Virus record (IMG/VR): IMGVR_UViG_3300044712_001937 | Location: 248,001-312,000 of that record | Length of the DNA stretch: 64,000 nt | Direction: 5' to 3' (one strand) | Shown here: positions 39,541 to 48,353 of the stretch, piece after piece | How positions within the stretch are numbered: the stretch's first letter is position 1 | Layout of the letters: every line of letters begins with the position of its first letter | Made by a program: the position numbers and the translations under genes | Notes under the pieces: generated by a model | The model's database searches: none | What the model saw: only the letters and a program-made list of their open reading frames with translations | What the model was told of the DNA's origin: nothing

Positions 39541-39696
39541 TTATTCAGATTTAGCGTTTTCAGTTTCAGGAGCAGGTTCTTGAGTTGGTTCAGAAGGAAT
39601 TGAAGTATCTGAACAATCATCAGTTTTTTCAACTGTTGCTTCTTTTTCATTTTCCAACTCTTCAAAAGACATTGGTGAATGTACGTTATTACCCAT
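39541..39696 (-). CDS. 51-aa acidic low-complexity peptide (not in ORF track)
   Basis: Hand translation MGNNVHSPMSFEELENEKEATVEKTDDCSDTSIPSEPTQEPAPETENAKSE; stop 2 nt before the vWA ATG; TATATTTG upstream. Confidence 0.65.
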   Translation of the reverse strand: MGNNVHSPMSFEELENEKEATVEKTDDCSDTSIPSEPTQEPAPETENAKSE

Positions 39697-39757
39697 AATT
39701 TTAAGATTTAAATGTTAATTAATAATTAAAATAGAATACAAATATATAAAAAATAAA

Positions 39758-40663
39758 TTAAATATCAAGAGGATAAAACTTTTTTTCGAAATTTTTACTA
39801 ATAATTTCTCGATATTGTTTATACTCATCAATATCGTTTTGATGTTTAGTTAATAAAAAATTCAAAACATTAGCATTAATATCTTTATTCATTTTAAGTT
39901 TTGTTCCGGCAGCACTTTTATCACCTAATAAATATATGGTAATCTTTTTGCATAATTCTAAATCTACATCCGGTGTTGCAAATTTTTCTGAAAATAATGT
40001 TGTAGGATACCACATTTTATATTTAGCAGATATTGTAGTTGCTTTTTTAAACACTTCAGTCATATGATAAAAAGATATTACAATAATACCATGTGTTTCT
40101 GGAACTACAAAAACTGTTGTTGGATTTAAACCAAGATGTACATAATTAATTTGTCGTAACCATAATGTAAATTCAAACATTCTTGAAAATATCCAATTAG
40201 TATGAATTTGTGGAAGTTTTTGATTTGATAGAGGTATTGACCTATCTTTCAATAAAATAACAAGTTTTTCACTTTTATCTATTTTTGAAGTTTCCCAACG
40301 CATACTTTCAGGTAAGTAACGATGAAATCCAAGAGATGCTTTATCTTTTTTATCTTTAAGAATTTTAAAATTATTAAATGATTTTCTTAATAAAGCACGG
40401 TTAGCATCAGTAACAATATATTCTATTTTTTTATCAAATATTTTAAAATTACCTGTTTCATCAGTAAACGTAGTTCCACCTTCAAGAATTAACTTATATT
40501 CTGTAAGCTTTGCCATTGCATCATTAGCATTAGGCAATTTACATATGTCGGGGTGAATTAGTTTGCAATATTGAATATAATCCTTTTTCCAATCATCAGT
40601 AGGAAAAATGTCAATAGGTTTATTTGCACTTAAAACCTTTGAAATTAACTCGGTAGCTGTCAT
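39758..40663 (-). CDS. J-domain-like (HPD) plus protein-kinase-like (probable pseudokinase) fusion
   Basis: KLIHPDIC; YVHLGLNPTTVFV and IVISFY at catalytic-loop and DFG-equivalent positions. Confidence 0.65.
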   Translation of the reverse strand: MTATELISKVLSANKPIDIFPTDDWKKDYIQYCKLIHPDICKLPNANDAMAKLTEYKLILEGGTTFTDETGNFKIFDKKIEYIVTDANRALLRKSFNNFKILKDKKDKASLGFHRYLPESMRWETSKIDKSEKLVILLKDRSIPLSNQKLPQIHTNWIFSRMFEFTLWLRQINYVHLGLNPTTVFVVPETHGIIVISFYHMTEVFKKATTISAKYKMWYPTTLFSEKFATPDVDLELCKKITIYLLGDKSAAGTKLKMNKDINANVLNFLLTKHQNDIDEYKQYREIISKNFEKKFYPLDI

Positions 40664-40671
40664 ATATTAAA

Positions 40672-40878
40672 TTAATTATCACTTTTACTTTCACGACCTT
40701 TTTCAAATCCATCGGCATAACCATCTTTATAGCCACGAGCATATTCATCATTAACTACTTGTTCAGTTTTTGATGTGTGTTTATTTTTATCTTCATTATC
40801 AACAAAGATACCAACTATAGCCAATGACATTGTAATCATGATAGTGATAAACAATATAAATCCAAATTTTTTTCTCAT
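40672..40878 (-). CDS. Small membrane protein
   Basis: N-terminal TM; YARGYKDGYADG repeat. Confidence 0.55.
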   Translation of the reverse strand: MRKKFGFILFITIMITMSLAIVGIFVDNEDKNKHTSKTEQVVNDEYARGYKDGYADGFEKGRESKSDN

Positions 40879-40882
40879 ATAT

Positions 40883-41098
40883 TTAAGGTTTAATTATTAC
40901 TGCCCAATATCTAATTTCATTTCCATTGTACGCCCATCCAGAGCCATTCCAAGTTTCCCAATGAATTTTTCCGTCTTTTCGTTGTATTAAATATTTACCA
41001 TATTCAGGTGGATAGGTTGTAATATCTAATTTATTAAATTTACTCCAATGACTAAGTGCTGGACGTTTATTTTTTTTTATAATATTAAAAATACTCAT
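40883..41098 (-). CDS. Small phage protein (DUF551-like)
   Basis: PPEYGKYLI...WNGSGW...RYWAVI. Confidence 0.55.
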   Translation of the reverse strand: MSIFNIIKKNKRPALSHWSKFNKLDITTYPPEYGKYLIQRKDGKIHWETWNGSGWAYNGNEIRYWAVIIKP

Positions 41099-41138
41099 AT
41101 TAAAATTTTAACTATATTACGAAATAAATAAATTTATG

Positions 41139-41420
41139 TTACTCACTTTTATTTTTTAATTTAATTAATTCCATTCCAGCACATAATCTTAAACTGTTTA
41201 CAATTAACATCCATTCATTATTCAATCTCATATCAATCATAGCTTTTTGAATTGGTTTAAGATTTTTTAATGCATTTTTGTAATTTTTTTCATTGGTTTT
41301 AATAATAAATTCTGCACCAGCAATATATGACTCAATTGGAACTTTTTCAGTTAAAGGTTCACCTTCAATATTTTTTTTATAATGCTGTTCGGCTGAGTTA
41401 ATAATGATTTGTTTATCCAT
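41139..41420 (-). CDS. Hypothetical protein
   Basis: 93-aa ORF. Confidence 0.55.
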   Translation of the reverse strand: MDKQIIINSAEQHYKKNIEGEPLTEKVPIESYIAGAEFIIKTNEKNYKNALKNLKPIQKAMIDMRLNNEWMLIVNSLRLCAGMELIKLKNKSE

Positions 41421-41558
41421 ATTAGGTTTATTTTAATTGCAAATATAAATTTATTTTTAGTAAATACAATAAAGTATTTATTTTTTTTAAATATTGTAAC
41501 TATATTAAAATTTTTTCGTATGTTTGTATACCATTATTTAACCTAAATTATTGAAACT

Positions 41559-42110
41559 ATGAAGAATATTTACCTTTATCGGTTGATATCACTAATTACT
41601 ACATTTATAATATCTACAGGTATGATTAGTGAATCAGAAACAAATTTAATCAATTTTTCAAAATCTAACTCTAATATTGAATTATTATATAATAATGTAT
41701 GGGGTACAATTTATAATGCAACAGAATCTCAATGTGATGCTTCACCCTTTCATACTGCCGATGGTTCATTTATTAAAGCTAAAATTGCAAGTAAATTACG
41801 TTGGATTGCTATTAGTCAAGAAATGATTAATTGTTCATATCGTGATAGAATCAGTGGAAATAAACATCTATTTAAAGGAAAAATCAAATTTGGTGATACT
41901 GTATGGATTGATAGCCAATATCCTGAAATAAATGGTTTTTGGGTTGTTCATGATGCAAAAAATTCTATGTTTAGAAAGAGTATAGACTTTTTACAAACTC
42001 AAGGTGATAAATCATTATATAAAAATTATCCATCTTGGTCTGGTAAATTTACTGGAATTAAAATTTATAGAATTTTAAATTCAAAAGATTCAGTAAATAA
42101 TTTGTTATAA
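41559..42110 (+). CDS. 3D-domain (lytic transglycosylase-like) protein with signal peptide
   Basis: TIYNA..SQCDASPFHTADG, IAIS, FGDTVWI, VVHD, IDFL. Confidence 0.72.
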   Translation: MKNIYLYRLISLITTFIISTGMISESETNLINFSKSNSNIELLYNNVWGTIYNATESQCDASPFHTADGSFIKAKIASKLRWIAISQEMINCSYRDRISGNKHLFKGKIKFGDTVWIDSQYPEINGFWVVHDAKNSMFRKSIDFLQTQGDKSLYKNYPSWSGKFTGIKIYRILNSKDSVNNLL

Positions 42111-42146
42111 CAAATAAATTTGCTATTATTGTAAAAAAAATTAAAC

Positions 42147-42689
42147 ATGGGACTTGATTTGATTAAAATCAGAGAATACGCACAAAAATGTCATAATGAT
42201 GCTAACTGCACATATGATGAACAAAATTATTTTGTTCATGTTGATATGGTTGTTGATGAAGTTGATGCTAATTTCGGAATTTTTAAAAATATTGAAGATT
42301 ATGAAATTACAAAAGCTGCTGCTAATCTGCACGATTGTATCGAAGATGCTAAACAATCCTTTAATGATATAAAAAAGATATCAAATAAAGAAGTAGCTCA
42401 TGTTGTATTAGCTGTTACTGATTATCCCGATGAAAATAGATTATTACGTCATTTATTAACAATGCATAAAACTGTTAGAGATTATCGTGCAATAATTCTT
42501 AAATTATGTGATATTTATGCTAATGGTTCATATAGCAAAAAACGTGGTAGTTCCATGTATAAAAAATATAAAAGAGAATATGAATATCGTAAACCTATAT
42601 TCAAAATAGCTTTTGAATGGTATGATGAAAAAATAAATCAAAAAGAATTAGATATTTTCTGGGATAAACTTGATAAATTATTTGAATAA
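42147..42689 (+). CDS. HD-domain hydrolase (RelA/SpoT-HD, small alarmone hydrolase-like)
   Basis: YAQKCH, YFVH, AANLHDCIED, LKLCDIYAN. Confidence 0.8.
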   Translation: MGLDLIKIREYAQKCHNDANCTYDEQNYFVHVDMVVDEVDANFGIFKNIEDYEITKAAANLHDCIEDAKQSFNDIKKISNKEVAHVVLAVTDYPDENRLLRHLLTMHKTVRDYRAIILKLCDIYANGSYSKKRGSSMYKKYKREYEYRKPIFKIAFEWYDEKINQKELDIFWDKLDKLFE

Positions 42690-42691
42690 TT

Positions 42692-43009
42692 ATGGATTGG
42701 TATGAATTAAATATTGAAGAACCAATTCGAGAAATTGTCCGAAATCTCAGAAATAACGGAATTAATACTTTTTGTAGTTGTGGACATGGAATGTGGATTC
42801 AATGTGAATCTGTTGACCAAAATACTGAACTAAATACTATATATTGTGTATTTTCTGAATTAAAAATAAAAAAATATAGAGTTCAAATATTCGATGATAT
42901 TATAGAAGGTCATAGATATACACATATAGAAATATCATTTCCAGATAAAAATGGTGAATATTATTCAAGAACAATAGATAACGAATCATTTATTTTAAAT
43001 AAATTTTAA
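42692..43009 (+). CDS. Hypothetical phage protein
   Basis: IEEPIREIV..L..NGINTFCSCGHG. Confidence 0.6.
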   Translation: MDWYELNIEEPIREIVRNLRNNGINTFCSCGHGMWIQCESVDQNTELNTIYCVFSELKIKKYRVQIFDDIIEGHRYTHIEISFPDKNGEYYSRTIDNESFILNKF

Positions 43010-43010
43010 C

Positions 43011-43562
43011 ATGAAAAATTTAGGACATGTAATGATTGACCTTGAAACTATGGGTAACTGTAGTTTGTCATCAATACTTTCTATCGGTGCTGTTGAATTT
43101 GATATTAATACAGGTGAAACTGGAAAAGAATTTTATAAAAGAATTCATTTACAATCATGTCTTGACTTAGGATTAAAAGTTCAAGCAGAAACTATATATT
43201 GGTGGTTACAACAAAATGAAAATGCAAGACTTGAAGTTTGCAAAGGTGGTGATGTATTACCAAAGGTATTAATGGATTTAAACAACTATTTCTCAGAACT
43301 TGGAGATTTTCAACTCTGGGGTAATGGTGCAAGATTTGATATTGGGATTCTTGAAGATGCTTATGTAGCTTGTCAAATTAAATCTATATGGAATTTTAGA
43401 AATGAAAGAGATGTGCGAACATTAGTTTCATTTCTGCCTAAAATTAAAGAACATTATCCATTTGAAGGTATTCAACACAATCCAATTCACGATTGTAAAC
43501 ATCAAATTGCATATTGTTCAGATATTTGGCAAAATTTGAATATTAATACAGATAAATTATAA
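43011..43562 (+). CDS. DEDD 3'-5' exonuclease (DUF5051/Rv2179c-like)
   Basis: VMIDLET, WGNGARFD, RDVRT, HNPIHDC. Confidence 0.88.
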   Translation: MKNLGHVMIDLETMGNCSLSSILSIGAVEFDINTGETGKEFYKRIHLQSCLDLGLKVQAETIYWWLQQNENARLEVCKGGDVLPKVLMDLNNYFSELGDFQLWGNGARFDIGILEDAYVACQIKSIWNFRNERDVRTLVSFLPKIKEHYPFEGIQHNPIHDCKHQIAYCSDIWQNLNINTDKL

Positions 43563-43613
43563 CACCTATTGGCATAAATATTTTTTATTATAGTATTTAT
43601 AGTAAAAATATTT

Positions 43614-43787
43614 ATGCCGATAATATATATTACTACAAATTTAATTAATAATAAAAAATACATAGGTGCTGATAAAAATAATAATCCTAAATATTTAGGC
43701 TCTGGATTAATAATTAAATTAGCTATAAAAAAATATGGAAAAAATAATCTTCAAAAAATGGCACTCACTGTTAAAAACGTTGCTTAA
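43614..43787 (+). pseudogene. Truncated GIY-YIG (Seg-like) homing endonuclease remnant, 57 aa
   Basis: MPIIYITTNLINNKKYIGADKNNNPKYLGSGLIIKLAIKKYGKNN then stop; class B promoter 43593-43600. Confidence 0.75.
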
Positions 43788-43797
43788 TCTTAAATTT

Positions 43798-44088
43798 ATG
43801 GATATTTTTAAAAACATTTTTTACATTTTACCAGTACTTATGTACTACTTCGTAGAATCTATTATAATAGGATTCTTCATTTATTTACTTTGGATATTTT
43901 CATTACAACAACTATTTTTTAATTTTAAAATAGGTTATATTGAATGGGTATTCATCATATTTTGTATTAAAGCAATATTTTTTGATGTTTTTAAACTTTT
44001 GGCTGGACTTAATTTACCAATACAACAAACTCAGGAAAACGATAATACAAATGAACAAAATAACACTAATGCATATAGCTCTCAATAA
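43798..44088 (+). CDS. Membrane protein (likely start MDIFK at 43798)
   Basis: Hydrophobic ORF; the longer start at 43735 lies inside the GIY-YIG remnant. Confidence 0.6.
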   Translation: MDIFKNIFYILPVLMYYFVESIIIGFFIYLLWIFSLQQLFFNFKIGYIEWVFIIFCIKAIFFDVFKLLAGLNLPIQQTQENDNTNEQNNTNAYSSQ

Positions 44089-44306
44089 TGAAATACGAAC
44101 AAGAAACTCCGAGATTAACAATTAGTTTCATTAACAATAAAAATGAAGAAGAATTATTTGAAATTGAAAGAAATTGGACTAACGTAGGTGAAGTTTTTAC
44201 TAATCATATGACCAGTTTATTTATGCAACAACAATTTAAAAATAAAAAACCTCCAAAACAAATTATTGTGATGACTGCTAAAGTTTTCAACTTAATTGAA
44301 GAATAA
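44088..44306 (+). CDS. Hypothetical protein
   Basis: 72-aa ORF. Confidence 0.6.
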   Translation: MKYEQETPRLTISFINNKNEEELFEIERNWTNVGEVFTNHMTSLFMQQQFKNKKPPKQIIVMTAKVFNLIEE

Positions 44307-44307
44307 T

Positions 44308-44340
44308 AAAAATGCATGTATTTAAATACATGCATTTTTT
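44308..44340 (+). terminator. Intrinsic terminator
   Basis: AAAAATGCATGTA-TTTAAA-TACATGCATTTTT palindrome. Confidence 0.7.
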
Positions 44341-44396
44341 GTAACAATGAATATCGTTTTTCGTATTATTTAATGAAATTAAAATACATTTTAAAT

Positions 44397-45113
44397 ATGA
44401 AAACTTTATTAATTTTTTTATTTTCAATATCATTCATTAACAATACCTATACTCAAGGAAGTTTATGTTACTTTGATGATACTGCAATTGTAAATCAGAA
44501 AGTGATTTGTAAAAGGCAATGTTATAACTTCAATGCTAATGATATTGAATATATCGTATCATATTCAGCAAATGAAGATTTTAATTGTGATTATACTCAT
44601 GATTGCAGTCGTAATTTATATCTATATCGATGGGATTCACTTAAAAATTCTTGGATTATTGCATCTGATATTATACAAACAGATTATACCATTTATATGG
44701 GTAATAAAAGTATGTTATTAAAAATAACCTCTAACAATTACGATGATGCAAGAAATGTTAGGAAACAACGAATAAAAGTATTAAATAATGGCTGTATAAT
44801 TTTACTGCTTGAAAATTATTATATAGAACCTGCAGATATGGGTAGATTTAAAACATATAATTCAATAATTGTATTAGTTCCAGATGGCAATAAATTTAAA
44901 TCCACTCGTTTTGAACTGTATGATAATAAATGTAAAAATTTTCCTTATAATTCTATTGTTTATGAAAACATTAATAATGATGCTAATTGTTTTAATTATG
45001 AATTAAATTTTTATTACAATAATAAAGCATTATTTGTTTTCGAAATAAATGATGATGAAAGTGTTAGTTTAAAAAATAAATATGCAAATTCAATTTATAT
45101 CAAAAACAAATGA
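44397..45113 (+). CDS. Secreted protein with signal peptide (start MKTLL at 44397)
   Basis: Signal peptide; class A promoter 44339-44365. Confidence 0.65.
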   Translation: MKTLLIFLFSISFINNTYTQGSLCYFDDTAIVNQKVICKRQCYNFNANDIEYIVSYSANEDFNCDYTHDCSRNLYLYRWDSLKNSWIIASDIIQTDYTIYMGNKSMLLKITSNNYDDARNVRKQRIKVLNNGCIILLLENYYIEPADMGRFKTYNSIIVLVPDGNKFKSTRFELYDNKCKNFPYNSIVYENINNDANCFNYELNFYYNNKALFVFEINDDESVSLKNKYANSIYIKNK

Positions 45114-45541
45114 TTAAAGTTACACCGTTTATCCATACAACAGGTAGCGAGAAATTTAAAAAGTTTCTTGCTACTCCATTTTCAATAGATATGTTATACC
45201 CTGTATTTAATGATAAATCTTGTGAAACATTATTTGAAGGATGGAAAGGTAAAGATATGTTAAGTTGGCATAAATTTACTAATGATGATAAATACATACT
45301 TGAGTTTTATCCAGATTCCTATTATATAAAAAGGAATGGTTATAATGTAACCTATCAATTAAAATTTCCAAAAACTATCCATGACTTTATTAATGATGCT
45401 GAAAGATTTGGTATTCAATTATATTGGACTAAATGGATTGATAAAAATTTTGAACCTAAAGAATACCTTCATAAAGATAATATTTATCAATATTTTGTTA
45501 ATTTATTATTTAAAATGGGTAAATCTAATGAATTAAATTAG
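45110..45541 (+). CDS. Hypothetical protein
   Basis: 143-aa ORF ending in TAG. Confidence 0.65.
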   Translation: MIKVTPFIHTTGSEKFKKFLATPFSIDMLYPVFNDKSCETLFEGWKGKDMLSWHKFTNDDKYILEFYPDSYYIKRNGYNVTYQLKFPKTIHDFINDAERFGIQLYWTKWIDKNFEPKEYLHKDNIYQYFVNLLFKMGKSNELN

Positions 45542-45590
45542 CTTGCAGATTTTATTTTTTATATCTATATTTGACATAAATATATACATT

Positions 45591-46316
45591 ATGGATAATA
45601 AAAGTTTAAATCTATGGAATAATTTATCATTTAAAACGTTAAGTTACAGAAAAAACTACGATTTTATAAATACTAATGAAAATATCATCACAGAATGTGA
45701 AGGTACAATTTCTGAAATAACCACTGAACCTCAAAGACCACCTTTAATTATCGGAGAATATCAATTTTCAATATGGGATATTCGTACTTCTGAGATATTA
45801 AAAATCAACGTTATTGATTTGATAAAAAAACATTCATTTGAAGAAACTTATAATCAATTTCTTGATTTAGTTAATAATAAAACAATAGAAATTAATAAAT
45901 ATGATAAAATTATATTAATTCATACTTTAATATTACGACCAGATTATAGAAAACAGGGTGTTGTTGATGAATTTGTTGAAATGTTATATAGAGAATATCA
46001 TAATAGAAAATGCGCAATTATTGCATTAGTGATGCCATTTCAAAATAATGATATTGATTTTGATTTTTATTATAACAAAAGAAATGTTCAGGTTAAAGAA
46101 ACTATTGGATTTTTCACAGAAAATAAATTTATATCATCCAGAGAATATTATAAATTAGATGAATTAATTGAAAAAAAAGATTTAGAATCTAACCAATATA
46201 GATTATTTGCAATAGCTAATAGATGTGGTTTTTTTAGATTAAGTGAATCTGATTTATTTATATTTTTCCCGGAAAAAATAGTTAAAAGATTATTAGATAA
46301 GCAAATTAAAAATTAA
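45591..46316 (+). CDS. GNAT-like protein (tentative; start MDNK at 45591)
   Basis: LILRPDYRKQGVV resembles acetyl-CoA binding motif A; RCGF near the C-terminus. Confidence 0.45.
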   Translation: MDNKSLNLWNNLSFKTLSYRKNYDFINTNENIITECEGTISEITTEPQRPPLIIGEYQFSIWDIRTSEILKINVIDLIKKHSFEETYNQFLDLVNNKTIEINKYDKIILIHTLILRPDYRKQGVVDEFVEMLYREYHNRKCAIIALVMPFQNNDIDFDFYYNKRNVQVKETIGFFTENKFISSREYYKLDELIEKKDLESNQYRLFAIANRCGFFRLSESDLFIFFPEKIVKRLLDKQIKN

Positions 46317-46321
46317 ATTTC

Positions 46322-46678
46322 ATGAAAAATTTTACAAATGATGAACTTAATAAATTAAAAATTGAATTAAGTAAATACAATTCTCCTTGGTTTTCAAGAA
46401 TTATAATTTCATTTTGGTTTAACTATGTGAAGAAAACGATACAATATATATCAATATTAATGATATTATTAGGAATTAGTTATTTTTTATATAATTTTAA
46501 TGTCATAAAAATCATAATGAAAGTAATATTTTTTATGTTAAGTTTTTATATGTCATCATTATTTCTTGCAGTCATATTTGAGATATCAAATATCAAATAT
46601 TATCAAAAAAAATTAAATCTTAGTGATGATGAATGGGATTATTTAATAACATTATTTCAAAATGGCGAAAATAAATAA
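46322..46678 (+). CDS. Two-TM membrane protein
   Basis: Hydrophobic segments. Confidence 0.6.
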   Translation: MKNFTNDELNKLKIELSKYNSPWFSRIIISFWFNYVKKTIQYISILMILLGISYFLYNFNVIKIIMKVIFFMLSFYMSSLFLAVIFEISNIKYYQKKLNLSDDEWDYLITLFQNGENK

Positions 46679-46880
46679 AAAACTTGATGAATTTCATTAT
46701 CATGAAGCATTAGATAGAACGTATCTTATTAATACAATGATATATGAATTTATATTAAATCATCCAGTTATCAAAAAACATAAAAAAGTTAGGAAAAAAA
46801 CTAAAAAAGCATTATCTTTGCTTTTAGAAGTTTATCAAGAACTCGGAAATTTAGGGGTACAAAATGTTACAGACCAATAA
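46662..46880 (+). CDS. Hypothetical protein
   Basis: DEFHYHEALDR motif. Confidence 0.6.
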   Translation: MAKINKKLDEFHYHEALDRTYLINTMIYEFILNHPVIKKHKKVRKKTKKALSLLLEVYQELGNLGVQNVTDQ

Positions 46881-47128
46881 ATTGAACCTTTTTACAATAT
46901 TTGAGTATTTATATAAGCTTTAATGAACAATAAAATTAAAAATATTGATAGTTAATACTCGAAAAATAACACGAAATTTCCTCAAAAATTTCAAAAAACC
47001 CAGAAAAAACAGCCTTTCTGGGCATTTTAATTTAAATACCTACCAAAATCATCCCGATTTTTTATGCCTTATGAGTAATAACTGATTAATACTCAGTTAG
47101 AAAAATAATATTATTAAATCTATGAAAA

Positions 47129-48001
47129 ATGGAAAAAAACCCTATGTTGAAAAAAGTTTATGCAATCATGTTAATCTTATTAGGATTCAATTTAATTGCT
47201 TTACTTAGTTCAACAACTACAAATGCAAATGTAACTATGGTTACTGAAAATAACAGTGACAATATTATATGGAAATCAAAATACATAAAACTCAATTATG
47301 AATTATTAAATCTTGAAAAGAAGATTAATGAAATGAGTGAATATAACAATCAAGTATATTTCCAAATAATGGGTGTTGATACAGATGCAATTGAAATTCC
47401 AGAACACTTGAATAATATAAAAACAATTTCAAGTGATTCTATTTTTAAAAACTTAGATGAAAGAAGTATGAAAGCTTCTCAACTAATGTCATCACAAATA
47501 AATAAATTAGTAATTATATCTAAAAATTTAAAAAATAATACTAATTTAGCTGACTGTTATCCTACAATATCACCAATTAAAACTGGCGATTTTCAAGAGA
47601 TAAGTGCGGGTTATGGCTGGAGAAAACACCCGTATTATAAAAAACCTGTATTCCATCAAGGTGTTGATATTTGTGCTCAATATCGCTCCACAATATTATC
47701 AACTATGAATGGATATGTAAGTAAAATTGTATATTCAGGATATGGATATGGAAATAAAATAATAATAAAAAATGCTCAAGGATTTGAAATACTTTATGCA
47801 CATATGAGTACTATTACTGTCAAAAAAGGACAATTTATAAAAAAAGGACAATCTGTAGGAACGGTAGGAAGTTCAGGTTTGTCAACAGGTGCTCATTTAC
47901 ATTATGAAGTTCGAAAAAATGATAAACTTAAAGACCCTTTAGCATATTTTTATACATATTTAACAGATAATCTAATTGCATCTAATGAAAACTCAAATTA
48001 A
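47129..48001 (+). CDS. M23 family metallopeptidase with N-terminal anchor and coiled coil
   Basis: WRKHP, HQGVD, GYGNKI, YAHM, STGAHLHYEVR. Confidence 0.92.
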   Translation: MEKNPMLKKVYAIMLILLGFNLIALLSSTTTNANVTMVTENNSDNIIWKSKYIKLNYELLNLEKKINEMSEYNNQVYFQIMGVDTDAIEIPEHLNNIKTISSDSIFKNLDERSMKASQLMSSQINKLVIISKNLKNNTNLADCYPTISPIKTGDFQEISAGYGWRKHPYYKKPVFHQGVDICAQYRSTILSTMNGYVSKIVYSGYGYGNKIIIKNAQGFEILYAHMSTITVKKGQFIKKGQSVGTVGSSGLSTGAHLHYEVRKNDKLKDPLAYFYTYLTDNLIASNENSN

Positions 48002-48287
48002 AACTATTCATGAAGAAGAATATTCCACTGAAACTAAAAGAATCATTGGAGTATTGTATAATTATTCAGTTGAAGTTAATAACGACTGGCAAGACAGTTT
48101 GATATATATTTACCGGGATGGAATATATATTTTTTTCGAAACATTAATTGAAATGCTTGATTATTTAATGTATGCAGAAAAAAAAGTTAAACGTGCATAC
48201 TTAGAAGAAAGTGAATTCGATAAATATTACGATTCAATAATTGATGATAGTTTTACAAAAAAATTAAAGTGGCAATTGCCACTTTAA
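47976..48287 (+). CDS. Hypothetical protein
   Basis: 103-aa ORF. Confidence 0.6.
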   Translation: MHLMKTQIKTIHEEEYSTETKRIIGVLYNYSVEVNNDWQDSLIYIYRDGIYIFFETLIEMLDYLMYAEKKVKRAYLEESEFDKYYDSIIDDSFTKKLKWQLPL

Positions 48288-48353
48288 TTTTTTTTGTTTT
48301 TAAGCTTGTAATTGATTTTTTTAATTTAAATATAGATAAACATCTCTTACATT

